From the NCBI RefSeq assembly GCF_900128925.1, contig NZ_FQUJ01000011.1, forward strand, positions 1 to 24,000: 24,000 nucleotides of DNA. Direction: 5' to 3'. Source of the stretch: Modicisalibacter ilicicola DSM 19980 (GTDB lineage Bacteria > Pseudomonadota > Gammaproteobacteria > Pseudomonadales > Halomonadaceae). Below the pieces are notes generated by a model. It was not told the DNA's origin. It saw nothing but the letters and a program-made list of their open reading frames with translations, and searched no databases. A program made the position numbers and the translations under genes. This document shows positions 1-8,682 of this stretch, piece after piece (the stretch's first letter is position 1; each line of letters starts with the position of its first letter).

Positions 1-20
1 CGTGAATGAAGATCTTTCTC

Positions 21-1817
21 TCAATCGTTGCTTGTCTTTACCCATGCCATACCTGCCCAGGGCCCGGCATAGAGCGTTCCAAATGCCATCTCGAAAACGC
101 TATCGCGAGTCGTGCCGGCCAGTTCCAGCGTCGAGGCGATTGAATCGCTCATCAACGTCTCCCATTGCCGATAGGGGCTGCTGCTATCGACCGGCGTCGG
201 CATGGTCTCCGCCATCTCGGCCAGCCACTTCACGCCGTTCATCCAGGGAGCGAAGCGTTCCGAGAACATCAGCCGACTGGTCCGCGCAGGATGCAATTGA
301 CGCAGCATCTCGGCCGTCCAAGGGGTCGTGTACAGCCGCACCCAGGGGCCGACGAAGGTCTCGTAGAGGGCCACATTGTGCTCGGAAAGTGCGCGCACCT
401 GCTCGAACGCCGGTGCCTGAGAGGGGTAATCTAGGTCCTCCACCCGGCGTTCCTCGAACCGCACCTGGAACTGGGGCTTGTGGCAATCGGGATCGCCGGT
501 GGGGTTGTCGATCTTCATCTCGTAGAGCCCGGGGGCAAGATCGTTGAGATCGCCTACACTCTCGAGGATTGCTCGGTGCTCCAAGCGCGCGATCTTGGCG
601 GAGACGAAGATCCCCAGGTGCCCGACGTGCGGGTTGAGCAGGTAGATAATGCGCTGGTCGGCGGCCTTGAGCGCCTCGGTGGTCGGATACACTGCCGGAA
701 TCCAGTTGAGCGCCTGATGGGGCGGGGTGATGTTGTCGCCACCTGAGGCGAAGATCACCAGCGGATTGCGGATTCGCTTGAGGTCGACGGTACAGCCGGG
801 GCAGACCTGGAGCTCGCCGCGTTCCAGCTTGTTGCCGACGAACAGGTTCTCGACGATGGCGGTGATCTCTTCCTTGCTCAGGCTATAGAAGCCCGTCCAC
901 CAGCGCTCGAATTCCAGGAACCGCTCGCGCTGACCGTCGATGTCGGCGAACAGCTGGTAGTCCTTCTGCCAGAGGGTGTTCGCCGGCTTGAGGGATTCGA
1001 AGTTGGCGGCGAGGTTTGCGCCGTCGAAGCGCCCGTCACCCAGGTCGGCCATCAGGTGTGTCAACCAGGCGCCGCCCAGCAGTCCGCCGGCAAGGCGCAT
1101 GGGGTTGACCCCGGACTCGCCGGACCAGTAGGAGAGCGGCGAGCCGTTGAGCACCGCCGGTCCGACCAGGCCCTCACAATCGGCGGAAAGCAGCGCGATG
1201 GCCCAGCCCGCCTGGCAGTTGCCGTAGAGCACTGGTGGCTGGCCGGGATGGCGCTCGGCCAGCGTCTCGACGAAGTGCCGCAGAACGTGCAGCACGTCCT
1301 CGAGTGTCTGCCCAGGCATGGGTTCAGGGAAGAAGATCACGAAGTAGACCGGGTGCCCTTCGTGGAGCGCCATGCCGACCTCGGAGTCGCGCTTGAAGCC
1401 GCCGATGCCCGGGCCATGACCGGCACGCGGGTCGACGACCATCACCGGAGGCTTGGTCTCGTCGAGGCAGTCCTCCAGACACTCCTCGCCGACCCGGGTG
1501 ATGCGCAGCAGGGCGTAGTTGGCGGGACGCGCCAGCCGCCGGCCATCCAGGATCGTCTCGTAGTCGAAGTCGAGCAGCGGCGGCTTACCCATCCGTTCAT
1601 GCTCGAGCATGTTATCGGCACGCCGGCACAGGGTATCCAGGTAGCGCAGGCCGCGCCGCCAAAGCTCGGTTTGGTAGGCAAGCAGTTCCGTGGCCGGATG
1701 GTTCGGGATGGTGACGTGTTCAGGTTCGGGGGCGGACCATTGATCGGTCACCTCTTGTGAGGCGGCCGGTTGACGCTTGCGCGGGGCTTTGCGAACCGTG
1801 GGTGCCTTGGCCGTCAT
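21..1817 (-). CDS. DUF3141-family alpha/beta-hydrolase-fold protein (PHA-synthase-like; function unknown)
   Basis: 598-aa ORF. ATG at 1817-1815 with GAGAGG about 10 nt upstream; TGA at 23-21. Has a nucleophile-elbow-like 'GNCQAGWA' and an overall resemblance to DUF3141 proteins as I remember them. The start lies 6 nt after the nhaA stop, which suggests an operon. Family call not verified by search. Confidence 0.6.
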   Translation of the reverse strand: MTAKAPTVRKAPRKRQPAASQEVTDQWSAPEPEHVTIPNHPATELLAYQTELWRRGLRYLDTLCRRADNMLEHERMGKPPLLDFDYETILDGRRLARPANYALLRITRVGEECLEDCLDETKPPVMVVDPRAGHGPGIGGFKRDSEVGMALHEGHPVYFVIFFPEPMPGQTLEDVLHVLRHFVETLAERHPGQPPVLYGNCQAGWAIALLSADCEGLVGPAVLNGSPLSYWSGESGVNPMRLAGGLLGGAWLTHLMADLGDGRFDGANLAANFESLKPANTLWQKDYQLFADIDGQRERFLEFERWWTGFYSLSKEEITAIVENLFVGNKLERGELQVCPGCTVDLKRIRNPLVIFASGGDNITPPHQALNWIPAVYPTTEALKAADQRIIYLLNPHVGHLGIFVSAKIARLEHRAILESVGDLNDLAPGLYEMKIDNPTGDPDCHKPQFQVRFEERRVEDLDYPSQAPAFEQVRALSEHNVALYETFVGPWVRLYTTPWTAEMLRQLHPARTSRLMFSERFAPWMNGVKWLAEMAETMPTPVDSSSPYRQWETLMSDSIASTLELAGTTRDSVFEMAFGTLYAGPWAGMAWVKTSND

Positions 1818-1823
1818 GAATGA

Positions 1824-3017
1824 TTACCTCTCGGTGTCAGGATGCAGTTTGGTTAAGTCAGCTCTGTGGGATAGCGTCGCCGCCAGTACCGCAGCCCCGA
1901 CCAGCGCTGCGATGGCCGAGGCGAGCAACACGCCTTGACGAGCTGCGGTCAAGGCCGCCGGATCGTCGAAGGCGAGCCCGGCGATGAACAGGCTCATGGT
2001 GAAACCGATGCCGGCCAGCACGGCCACGGCGTAGAGGTGCCACCAGCGAACCCCGATGGGCAGCGGCGCGAGGCGCAGCCGGATCGCCAGCCAGGCGAAA
2101 GAGAACACTCCCAACTGCTTGCCCAGCAAGAGACCGAGGGCGACGCCAAGGAAGACGTTGCCGAAGCCCTCGCCTCCTGCTCCCACCGCGATCCCCGCGT
2201 TGAAGAAGGCGAACACGGGCACGACACCGAAGGTGACCCAGCGCCGTAGGTCATGGTAGGTGCGATCGAGTGGAGAGCCTTCCTGGTGACCGTCCCGTGT
2301 CTTCGCGGGAATGGCCAGGGCGATCACGACCCCGGCCAGGGTGGCGTGAACTCCGGACTTGAGTACCGCGACCCATAGCACTAGCCCCAACAGCACGTAA
2401 GGCATGGCACGCGTGACCCGAAAACGGTTGAGGAGCACGAGCCCCATGAGCGCGGTACCTGCGAGTACGAGCGCCTCGCCGGCGAGGCGCTCAGTATAGA
2501 ACAGCGCGATGATCACGATGGCGCCAAGATCGTCGAATACCGCCAGGGCCATCAGGAACACCCGCAAGGCCGGGGGCACGCGCTTGCCGAACAGCGACAC
2601 TACCGCAAGGGCCAGCACGATATCGGTAGCGGTGGGCACGGCCCAACCATGGGCGGCGATACCTTCGGTGCCATTGACCAGCAGGTAGATCAGTGTCGGC
2701 AACAGCATGCCGCCGATCGCGGCGATACCGGGTAGTGCCACCTGTTGGACCGAGCTCAACAAGCCGCCGAGCATCTCGCGCTTGAGCTCGACCCCCATCA
2801 GCAGGAAGAAGAACACCATCAACCCGTCGTTGATCCACAGGATCAGCGGCTTGTCGATGCCTAGGGCGCCCACCTGCACCGACACGGGGGTATGATGCAC
2901 CAGCCGGTACAGCTCACGGGCGGGGGTATTGGCAAATATGAGTGCCACTACCATGGCGCCCACCGTCACGACAGCCGCCGCTCGCTCCTCGCTGCCCTGC
3001 TGCGCCGCCGTCGTCAT
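1824..3017 (-). CDS. nhaA: Na+/H+ antiporter NhaA
   Basis: 397 aa, polytopic. Hallmark 'LWINDGLMVFFFLLMGVELKRE' and the Asp pair 'VFDDLGAIVIIALFY' (equivalent to E. coli D163/D164). ATG at 3017 with GGAGG 6 nt upstream; TAA at 1826-1824. Confidence 0.93.
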   Translation of the reverse strand: MTTAAQQGSEERAAAVVTVGAMVVALIFANTPARELYRLVHHTPVSVQVGALGIDKPLILWINDGLMVFFFLLMGVELKREMLGGLLSSVQQVALPGIAAIGGMLLPTLIYLLVNGTEGIAAHGWAVPTATDIVLALAVVSLFGKRVPPALRVFLMALAVFDDLGAIVIIALFYTERLAGEALVLAGTALMGLVLLNRFRVTRAMPYVLLGLVLWVAVLKSGVHATLAGVVIALAIPAKTRDGHQEGSPLDRTYHDLRRWVTFGVVPVFAFFNAGIAVGAGGEGFGNVFLGVALGLLLGKQLGVFSFAWLAIRLRLAPLPIGVRWWHLYAVAVLAGIGFTMSLFIAGLAFDDPAALTAARQGVLLASAIAALVGAAVLAATLSHRADLTKLHPDTER

Positions 3018-3078
3018 GCCCGCCTCCGTCGTGGATCAAGGCGGCGGCCAAGCAACAACACTGTGGAGCACGCGGTAG

Positions 3079-3261
3079 TCATCGGGCGCCCCATCCTGAA
3101 CGTTGCCCCTCACCGAGATCGGGCAGGAACCGGGGCGTGGTGGCCTGCCAGGCATCACCGAACCGGGCCGCCACCTCCGTTTCCTCGCGCTGGACCGGCC
3201 GCGCGACGTCGGTCTCCCGTGATGCCCCGCCCTGTTTGTTCGCTACCTCTGCATATATCAT
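3079..3261 (-). pseudogene. Relic C-terminal fragment of a second ICMT/PEMT-family methyltransferase (60-aa ORF, possibly still translated)
   Basis: 'REETEVAARFGDAWQATTPRFLP' matches the C-terminus of the full-length ICMT-family gene at 5462-6124 ('REETEVAARFGEEWRRYASKTPRFLP'). The membrane core is absent. The DNA is diverged from the intact copy, so this is not a recent duplicate. The ORF has ATG at 3261 overlapping the kinase TGA (ATGA) and GGGAGG 6 nt upstream. Confidence 0.45.
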
Positions 3262-5465
3262 GGTTGACCTCCCGGAGGGCTACCTGGAACACGTCGCCCG
3301 GTGCCTAGGTGGCGAGGTGCTCCGTCGTCCGGCTGTGCACCACCCTGACTCTCCATATCCGCGTGCCATCGGAAGTCGCACCTCGACGCACCCGAGGCAA
3401 TGGTCCCGGTGCGCTCTAGATGCCCACCCCACTTCTCGGCCAGCGGAAAATCTAGATTGCACCAGGTGTTGACGCACAGCTCCGGCTCGTTGTTTTGGAT
3501 GAAGAAGCGCGCCACCGGGCACTCAAGGCAGTCGAAAGCGACTACCCCGGGCGCGGCTGTGACGTCCTGCCAGCGGTAACCGGGCTCGCCGAATGGAAAG
3601 AGCCGGAACAGTTCTGTTGCGATCTTCAACCGCTTGTACGGATCCCGGGTATACGCGCTTGCCAGGAGCAGCGGCGACTCGCCCATCTGCCGATAGAGCC
3701 GCCAGCCGGTGTCATAAATGAGTCCGTATGCTCGCCGCTTGTCTACGTCGCGCTCACGCAAAGCCCGATAGAGCCCCAGCGTCGCCCCGGCGAGGTGTGT
3801 GGTCAGGATGGCACCGAAGGTGGGAGCGACCGGAATATCGGGCTCAATTCGATAGTAGTGTTCCCACGTGGCGTCGAGTATTTCGTCGCTCGCATCGCGA
3901 AGGCCGGCTTCGGCCAATACCTGGCGCACATGCCGCTCCAGGAGTTCCTTCCAGAGTCCGCCATGCTCGAGCTGGTCGCGCAGGCTTTCGGTGACAGACT
4001 TCGCCATTTCGGTGAGGAGCTCATCGGTCGCGGACTGATCCCAGGTCTCGTCCACGGCTTCCACCGGCATCACCTCTCCGAGAAGGAGCAGCTCGGGCAG
4101 GAACTGCGAGAGCCGGTTCCGGATGGACTCGAGCGCCCCGGCGCGCCGGGTGAGCTCTCGGGCTATCACTGGCCGGGATATCGCCTCGAAGCGAGCATCC
4201 GGATCCAGCGTAAAGATCAGCGCCTCGGCGGTGGTCAGGGCTTTGGCATGGAGTATGAGCTCAGGTGGAAACACGAACCCGTAGCGATACCCGGCGCGCA
4301 TCATTTCCAGATAAACCTGGGTGAAGCTGAGCTCGCTGAGCCGCGAGGCGTACCAGCGCCGGGCGAGCTCGGAGAAGCGCGCAAAGAAGGCCGCCTCGTC
4401 CGCTCCGGGGAGGCGACGCGTCTGGGCGGTGAAGTGATGGAATGCCCGTTGCGGCTGCTCCTGCACGACCGCAACCCAATAAAGGATGAACCGGTCGCGT
4501 TGCACCGGCGTGAGCTCACCGTACATTCCGAAGTCCAGCAGCGTGAACGAGCCGTCGTCGTGAAACCGGATATTCCCGGGATGCAGATCGGCGTGGAACA
4601 GGCCATCGCTGACGAACATCGCGAGTAGTGTCTCAATGAGCCGGTGGACCAGGCCGCGTCGGGCGTTCTGGTCGAACGTGGCACAGACTTCGCGGAGGCT
4701 GAGGCCGTCAATCCAGTCCATGGTCAGCACCGTCGGTGCCGAGTGCTCCCAGTGAACCCGCGGCAGGTGAACGAATGCACTGTCACGAAGATTGCCGCGG
4801 AAGCGCTCCATGGTCCGCGCCTCATTGCTGAAATCCAGCTCCTGCAGCGTGTAGCGCCGGAACTCGGCGAAAAATGCCGGAATGTTGCTGCGGCGCATCC
4901 TGCGGGGCATGAGCCGTCGCGCCCACCACAGCCCCAGGTCCACGGCATCGAGATCGCGGAGCACGCGGCGGCGGATATCCGGCCGCTGGATCTTCACGGC
5001 CACCACGGCGCCCGTATCGCCCACCCGGGCCCGATGGACTTGGGCGAGTGAGGCCGCGGCCACCGGTTCCGCGTCGAACGCCTGAAACCTCTGCCGCCAG
5101 TCCACGCCCAGCGCATCCGCCAACATCGGCTCCAGCGCCGCGAATTCGACCGGCGGCTGATCCGCCTGGAGCCTCACCAGAGCGTCAATGTAGGGTTCGG
5201 GCAACAGGTCCGGGCGTGTGCTCAGGATTTGCCCCAGCTTTACGAAGGCGGGGCCGAGCGCCAGCAAGCAGTGGACGAGCCGTTTCGGTGCCATGTCGTC
5301 CCGGCCCTTCCGGAAATGCGCGTACGCCCGCAGTTGCACGAGTAATCGCCACACGATGACCGAAAGCCGCCGCAGCGAGCTCAAATTCCGGCGACGCGGC
5401 ACGGCGGCCCGCGCCTCCGCCGTGGGAGACGCCGCCCCGCCGGCGCCTCGCCCACCGGGGTTCAC
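3258..5465 (-). CDS. ABC1/UbiB/AarF-family atypical kinase fused to a Cys-rich ATC-hydrolase-like C-terminal domain
   Basis: 735 aa. ABC1 motifs: 'LGPAFVKLGQILSTRPDLLP', 'AAASLAQVHRA', 'VAVKIQRPDI', 'FHADLHPGNIRF', 'LLDFGMYGEL'. C-terminus 'FDCLECPVARFF...ELCVNTWCNLDFPLAEKWGGHLERTGTIASGASRCDFRWH' resembles the L-2-amino-thiazoline-4-carboxylic acid hydrolase-type domain. The GTG start at 5465 overlaps the upstream TGA (GTGA). An internal ATG (MAPKRL...) is possible but would remove the usual N-terminal helix. Confidence 0.85.
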   Translation of the reverse strand: MNPGGRGAGGAASPTAEARAAVPRRRNLSSLRRLSVIVWRLLVQLRAYAHFRKGRDDMAPKRLVHCLLALGPAFVKLGQILSTRPDLLPEPYIDALVRLQADQPPVEFAALEPMLADALGVDWRQRFQAFDAEPVAAASLAQVHRARVGDTGAVVAVKIQRPDIRRRVLRDLDAVDLGLWWARRLMPRRMRRSNIPAFFAEFRRYTLQELDFSNEARTMERFRGNLRDSAFVHLPRVHWEHSAPTVLTMDWIDGLSLREVCATFDQNARRGLVHRLIETLLAMFVSDGLFHADLHPGNIRFHDDGSFTLLDFGMYGELTPVQRDRFILYWVAVVQEQPQRAFHHFTAQTRRLPGADEAAFFARFSELARRWYASRLSELSFTQVYLEMMRAGYRYGFVFPPELILHAKALTTAEALIFTLDPDARFEAISRPVIARELTRRAGALESIRNRLSQFLPELLLLGEVMPVEAVDETWDQSATDELLTEMAKSVTESLRDQLEHGGLWKELLERHVRQVLAEAGLRDASDEILDATWEHYYRIEPDIPVAPTFGAILTTHLAGATLGLYRALRERDVDKRRAYGLIYDTGWRLYRQMGESPLLLASAYTRDPYKRLKIATELFRLFPFGEPGYRWQDVTAAPGVVAFDCLECPVARFFIQNNEPELCVNTWCNLDFPLAEKWGGHLERTGTIASGASRCDFRWHADMESQGGAQPDDGAPRHLGTGRRVPGSPPGGQP

Positions 5466-6124
5466 GTGGCCCCCATCCCGGGACGGTTTCTCGACAGTAG
5501 CCTGGGCAGAAAGCGTGGCGTCTTTGACGCATACCTACGCCACTCCTCGCCGAACCTGGCTGCCACTTCGGTTTCCTCGCGTAGCGCCAGACGGCGGTAC
5601 ATCCAGACCAGTACGGGGAACATAACCAACGTGAGCAGGGTCGGCCACTGCAGTAGAAATCCGACCATCACGAGGACGAAGCCCACGTACTGCGGATGCC
5701 GCACATGGGCATACGGCCCGTCCGTGGCAAGACGTCCCTCGCGCTGGGTGGCATACAACGCGCGCCAGGCGACCGCAATGATGACGAAGCCGGCACCGAT
5801 GAACACCATGCTCAGCAGATGAAACGGGCCAAAATGCGGGTTTGCCTGCCAGCCGAATACCATCTCCAGCAAATGGCCCGCGTCATGGGAGAACCAGTCC
5901 ACCTCGGGAAACCGTGACTGAAGCCAGCCGGAGAGAAAGTAGATCGTCAACGGGAATCCGTACATCTCCGTGAACAGCGCCACCAGGAATGCGCTGAAGG
6001 CCCCGAAGGAGCGCCAGTCCCGCTTGCTCTGAGGCCTGAAGAAGCTGAACGCGAAGAAAATGAAGATCGCCGAGTTCAGGATCACCAGGCCCCACAAGCC
6101 ATAGGATGGTACCTCGCTACTCAT
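5462..6124 (-). CDS. Isoprenylcysteine carboxyl methyltransferase (ICMT)/phospholipid methyltransferase-family membrane protein
   Basis: Multi-TM protein with C-terminal 'HVRHPQYVGFVLVMVGFLLQWP...REETEVAARFGEEWRRYASKTPRFLP', typical of the ICMT/PEMT family. I chose ATG 6124 (MSSEVPSYG...), which overlaps the DUF2933 TAG by 8 nt. The track ORF extends to 6199, but that extension runs inside the DUF2933 gene. Confidence 0.85.
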   Translation of the reverse strand: MSSEVPSYGLWGLVILNSAIFIFFAFSFFRPQSKRDWRSFGAFSAFLVALFTEMYGFPLTIYFLSGWLQSRFPEVDWFSHDAGHLLEMVFGWQANPHFGPFHLLSMVFIGAGFVIIAVAWRALYATQREGRLATDGPYAHVRHPQYVGFVLVMVGFLLQWPTLLTLVMFPVLVWMYRRLALREETEVAARFGEEWRRYASKTPRFLPRLLSRNRPGMGAT

Positions 6125-6368
6125 CGCGATCCTCCTTGTGCGTTGCCTTGTGATCGTCATCCGATCCGTGGCTGCCATGACCGCCATGCATGAAGACATG
6201 CATCAGCAGGCAACCAGCGAGCAGAACCACCCAAGGCAGGGCACCGAGCAGATGCACCCGATGCTCCTCCCAGAGCAGGAAGACCACGGCCGCCAGGGCG
6301 ATCCCCACGATAAGCCAGAAGCGCCCTTTGCTCGGCCGCTGGTCTAGCCAGCGTTTGTCGTTGGTCAT
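6117..6368 (-). CDS. DUF2933-family small membrane protein with His-rich tail
   Basis: 83 aa, two predicted TM helices. 'LLMHVFMHGGHGSHGSDDDH' is the pattern I associate with DUF2933 proteins next to metal ATPases. ATG 6368 lies 2 nt after the ATPase TGA, with GAGGA upstream. Confidence 0.8.
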   Translation of the reverse strand: MTNDKRWLDQRPSKGRFWLIVGIALAAVVFLLWEEHRVHLLGALPWVVLLAGCLLMHVFMHGGHGSHGSDDDHKATHKEDRDE

Positions 6369-6370
6369 GG

Positions 6371-8638
6371 TCAGATCCTCACTCGGCGCAGACGCAACGC
6401 ATTCAAGACCACCGATAGCGAGGAGGCACTCATCGCGAAGGCGGCGAAGATCGGCCCGATCAAGATGCCAAGGAACGGATAGAGGATACCGGCAGCGATG
6501 GGCACACCCGTGGCGTTATAAACCAGCGCGAAGAAAAGGTTCTGCTTGATGTTGCGCATCGTGGCCTGGGACAGCTTGCGGGCGCGCACGATGCCGTCGA
6601 GGTTACCCTTGACTAGCGTGAAGCCCGCGCTCTCGATCGCCACGTCAGCGCCGGTGCCCATGGCGATGCCGACATCGGCCTGGGCCAGCGCGGGGGCATC
6701 GTTCACCCCATCGCCCGCCATGGCGACCTTGCGGCCTTCGGCCTGCAGCTCCTGGATGATGCGGGCCTTGTCCTCCGGCAGAACATCGGCGCGGATCTCG
6801 TCGATGCCCAGTCGGCTAGCAACCGCCTTGGCGGTGCGCTCGTTGTCGCCGGTCGCCATGATGATGCGAAAGCCCAACTGGTGCAGCGCCTTGAGTGCCT
6901 CGGGCGTGGTCTCCTTCACCGGGTCGGCGACGCTGACCAGGCCCGCGATGGCACCGTCGAGCACGACGAACATCACCGTCTCGCCCTCGTCCCGGCGGGC
7001 ATTGGCGGTGTCCGCCAGCTTGCCGCCGTCGAGGCCCAGTTCGGCCATCAGCTTGGCATTGCCCAGCGCCACCGGCTTGCCGTCGACCACGCCCTTGACG
7101 CCCATGCCGGTCACGGCTTCGAAGTCGTCAGCCTTGCCCAGCTTGACCCCACGCTCCTCCGCGCCCGCCACGATGGCCTCGGCCAGCGGGTGTTCGGAGC
7201 CTTTTTCGAGCGTCGCGGCCAGGCGCAGCACCTCGGCTTCGTCATGGCCCTCTTCGGGGAGCACGGCGACGAGCTTGGGCTTGCCTTCGGTCAAGGTGCC
7301 GGTCTTGTCGACCATCAACGTGTCGACCTTGGCGAAACGTTCCAGCGCCTCGGCGTTCTTGATCAGCACGCCAGCCTGCGCGCCGCGCCCGGTGGCCGTC
7401 ATGATCGACATCGGCGTGGCCAGTCCCAGCGCGCAGGGACAGGCGATGATCAGCACCGCCACCGCCGAGACCAGCGCGTAGGACAGCGCCGGTGCCGGCC
7501 CCCAGATCGCCCAGGCGATGAAGGAAATGATCGCGATGAGGATCACCGCGGGAACGAACTTGCCCGCCACCCGATCGGCGAATTTCTGGATCGGCGCGCG
7601 GCTGCGCTGGGCATTCGCCACCATCTCGACGATCTGGCTGAGCATGGTATCGGCGCCGACGCGCGTGGCTTCCATGACCAGGCTGCCGGTGCCGTTGATC
7701 GTGGCCCCGGTGACCGTGTCACCCTCGACCTTCTCCACTGGCACCGGCTCGCCCGAGATCATCGACTCATCGATCGAGGAGCGGCCTTCGACCACCACGC
7801 CGTCCACCGGGACCTTGTCACCCGGCCGCACCCGCAGGTGATCGCCCACCTGTACGTCTTCCAGCGCGACCTCCTCCTCGCTGCCGTCGGGTCGGATCAC
7901 CCGGGCGGTCTTGGCGGCCATGTCCAGCAGCGCGCGGATCGCCTTGCCGGTGCCTTCCCGGGCACGCAACTCCATGACCTGACCCAGCAGGACCAAGGTC
8001 ACGATCACCGCCGCCGCCTCGAAATAGACGCCGACGCTACCGTCTTCCCGGCGAAATCCCTCGGGGAAGATACCCGGGGTCAGCACCGCGACGATGCTGA
8101 ACAGATAGGCCGCGCCGACCCCCATGCCGATCAGGCTGAACATGTTGAGGTTCAGGGTGCGGAACGAATTCCAGCCACGCACGAAGAACGGCCAGCCCGA
8201 CCAGAGGATCACCGGCGTGCTGAGCGCCAGTTCGAGCCACATCGAAGTTCGTTCACCGAAGACGTCGCGGATCGCCGTGAGGCCCAGATAGGGCGACATT
8301 GCCAGCACCAGCACCGGGATCGTGAGGACGGCCGCGACCCAGAAACGGCGGGTGAAATCCACCAGTTCGGGATTCGGCCCCTCGTCGCCGACCGCCGCCG
8401 ATTCCAGCTCCAGCCCCATGCCGCACAGCGGGCAGGCACCAGGCTTGGTCTGGCGCACCTCGGGGTGCATCGGGCAGGTGTAGACGGCACCGGCATGCCC
8501 GGCCGGCACCTTGTCGTACTTGCCGCCGCGGACCGGCGTAGCGGTCCCATGCTCATGACCATGCCCGCCATGACAGGAATGCGCCTGTGAGTCGGCGTGG
8601 GATGAGGTAGTGGTGTGCTCATGCGAATGCTGGGCCAT
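6371..8638 (-). CDS. Copper(I)/silver-translocating P1B-type ATPase (non-HMA, His-rich + CPMHPE-type N-terminal metal-binding region)
   Basis: 755 aa. Motifs: 'ISGEPVPV', TM '[11 protein letters not shown]' (CPC), 'DKTGTLT', '[11 protein letters not shown]', TM5 'YN', TM6 'MSASS'. The N-terminus has 9 His in the first 31 residues plus '[25 protein letters not shown]'. GAGGAG RBS upstream of ATG 8638. Confidence 0.95.
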   Translation of the reverse strand: MAQHSHEHTTTSSHADSQAHSCHGGHGHEHGTATPVRGGKYDKVPAGHAGAVYTCPMHPEVRQTKPGACPLCGMGLELESAAVGDEGPNPELVDFTRRFWVAAVLTIPVLVLAMSPYLGLTAIRDVFGERTSMWLELALSTPVILWSGWPFFVRGWNSFRTLNLNMFSLIGMGVGAAYLFSIVAVLTPGIFPEGFRREDGSVGVYFEAAAVIVTLVLLGQVMELRAREGTGKAIRALLDMAAKTARVIRPDGSEEEVALEDVQVGDHLRVRPGDKVPVDGVVVEGRSSIDESMISGEPVPVEKVEGDTVTGATINGTGSLVMEATRVGADTMLSQIVEMVANAQRSRAPIQKFADRVAGKFVPAVILIAIISFIAWAIWGPAPALSYALVSAVAVLIIACPCALGLATPMSIMTATGRGAQAGVLIKNAEALERFAKVDTLMVDKTGTLTEGKPKLVAVLPEEGHDEAEVLRLAATLEKGSEHPLAEAIVAGAEERGVKLGKADDFEAVTGMGVKGVVDGKPVALGNAKLMAELGLDGGKLADTANARRDEGETVMFVVLDGAIAGLVSVADPVKETTPEALKALHQLGFRIIMATGDNERTAKAVASRLGIDEIRADVLPEDKARIIQELQAEGRKVAMAGDGVNDAPALAQADVGIAMGTGADVAIESAGFTLVKGNLDGIVRARKLSQATMRNIKQNLFFALVYNATGVPIAAGILYPFLGILIGPIFAAFAMSASSLSVVLNALRLRRVRI

Positions 8639-8682
8639 GGAATGGGCTCCTCGGTGTTTTAGTTTTTGATTGCATCAAGCAA

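Noticed and set aside
5462-6199. N-terminal extensions offered by the ORF track for several genes: ICMT to 6199, SHOCT to 9093, the Met/Gln-rich gene from 9855, CPA1 to 22740 and the kinase to 15938.
   Set aside because: The extensions overlap upstream genes or lack an RBS, and they add non-homologous leaders. Internal ATGs with Shine-Dalgarno sequences give proteins that start where the family domains or signal peptides start.
6881-8590. Long plus-strand ORFs antisense to real genes. Examples: 6881-8590 (569 aa), 6546-7481, 17934-19625 (563 aa), 11902-12987, 13054-13746, 3495-4628, 21724-22701 and 1056-1760.
   Set aside because: These are typical shadow ORFs of high-GC DNA. Their composition is Arg/Gly/His/Asp-rich and low-complexity, with no recognisable motifs, RBS or signal sequences. 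Each fully overlaps a minus-strand gene that has strong family signatures.
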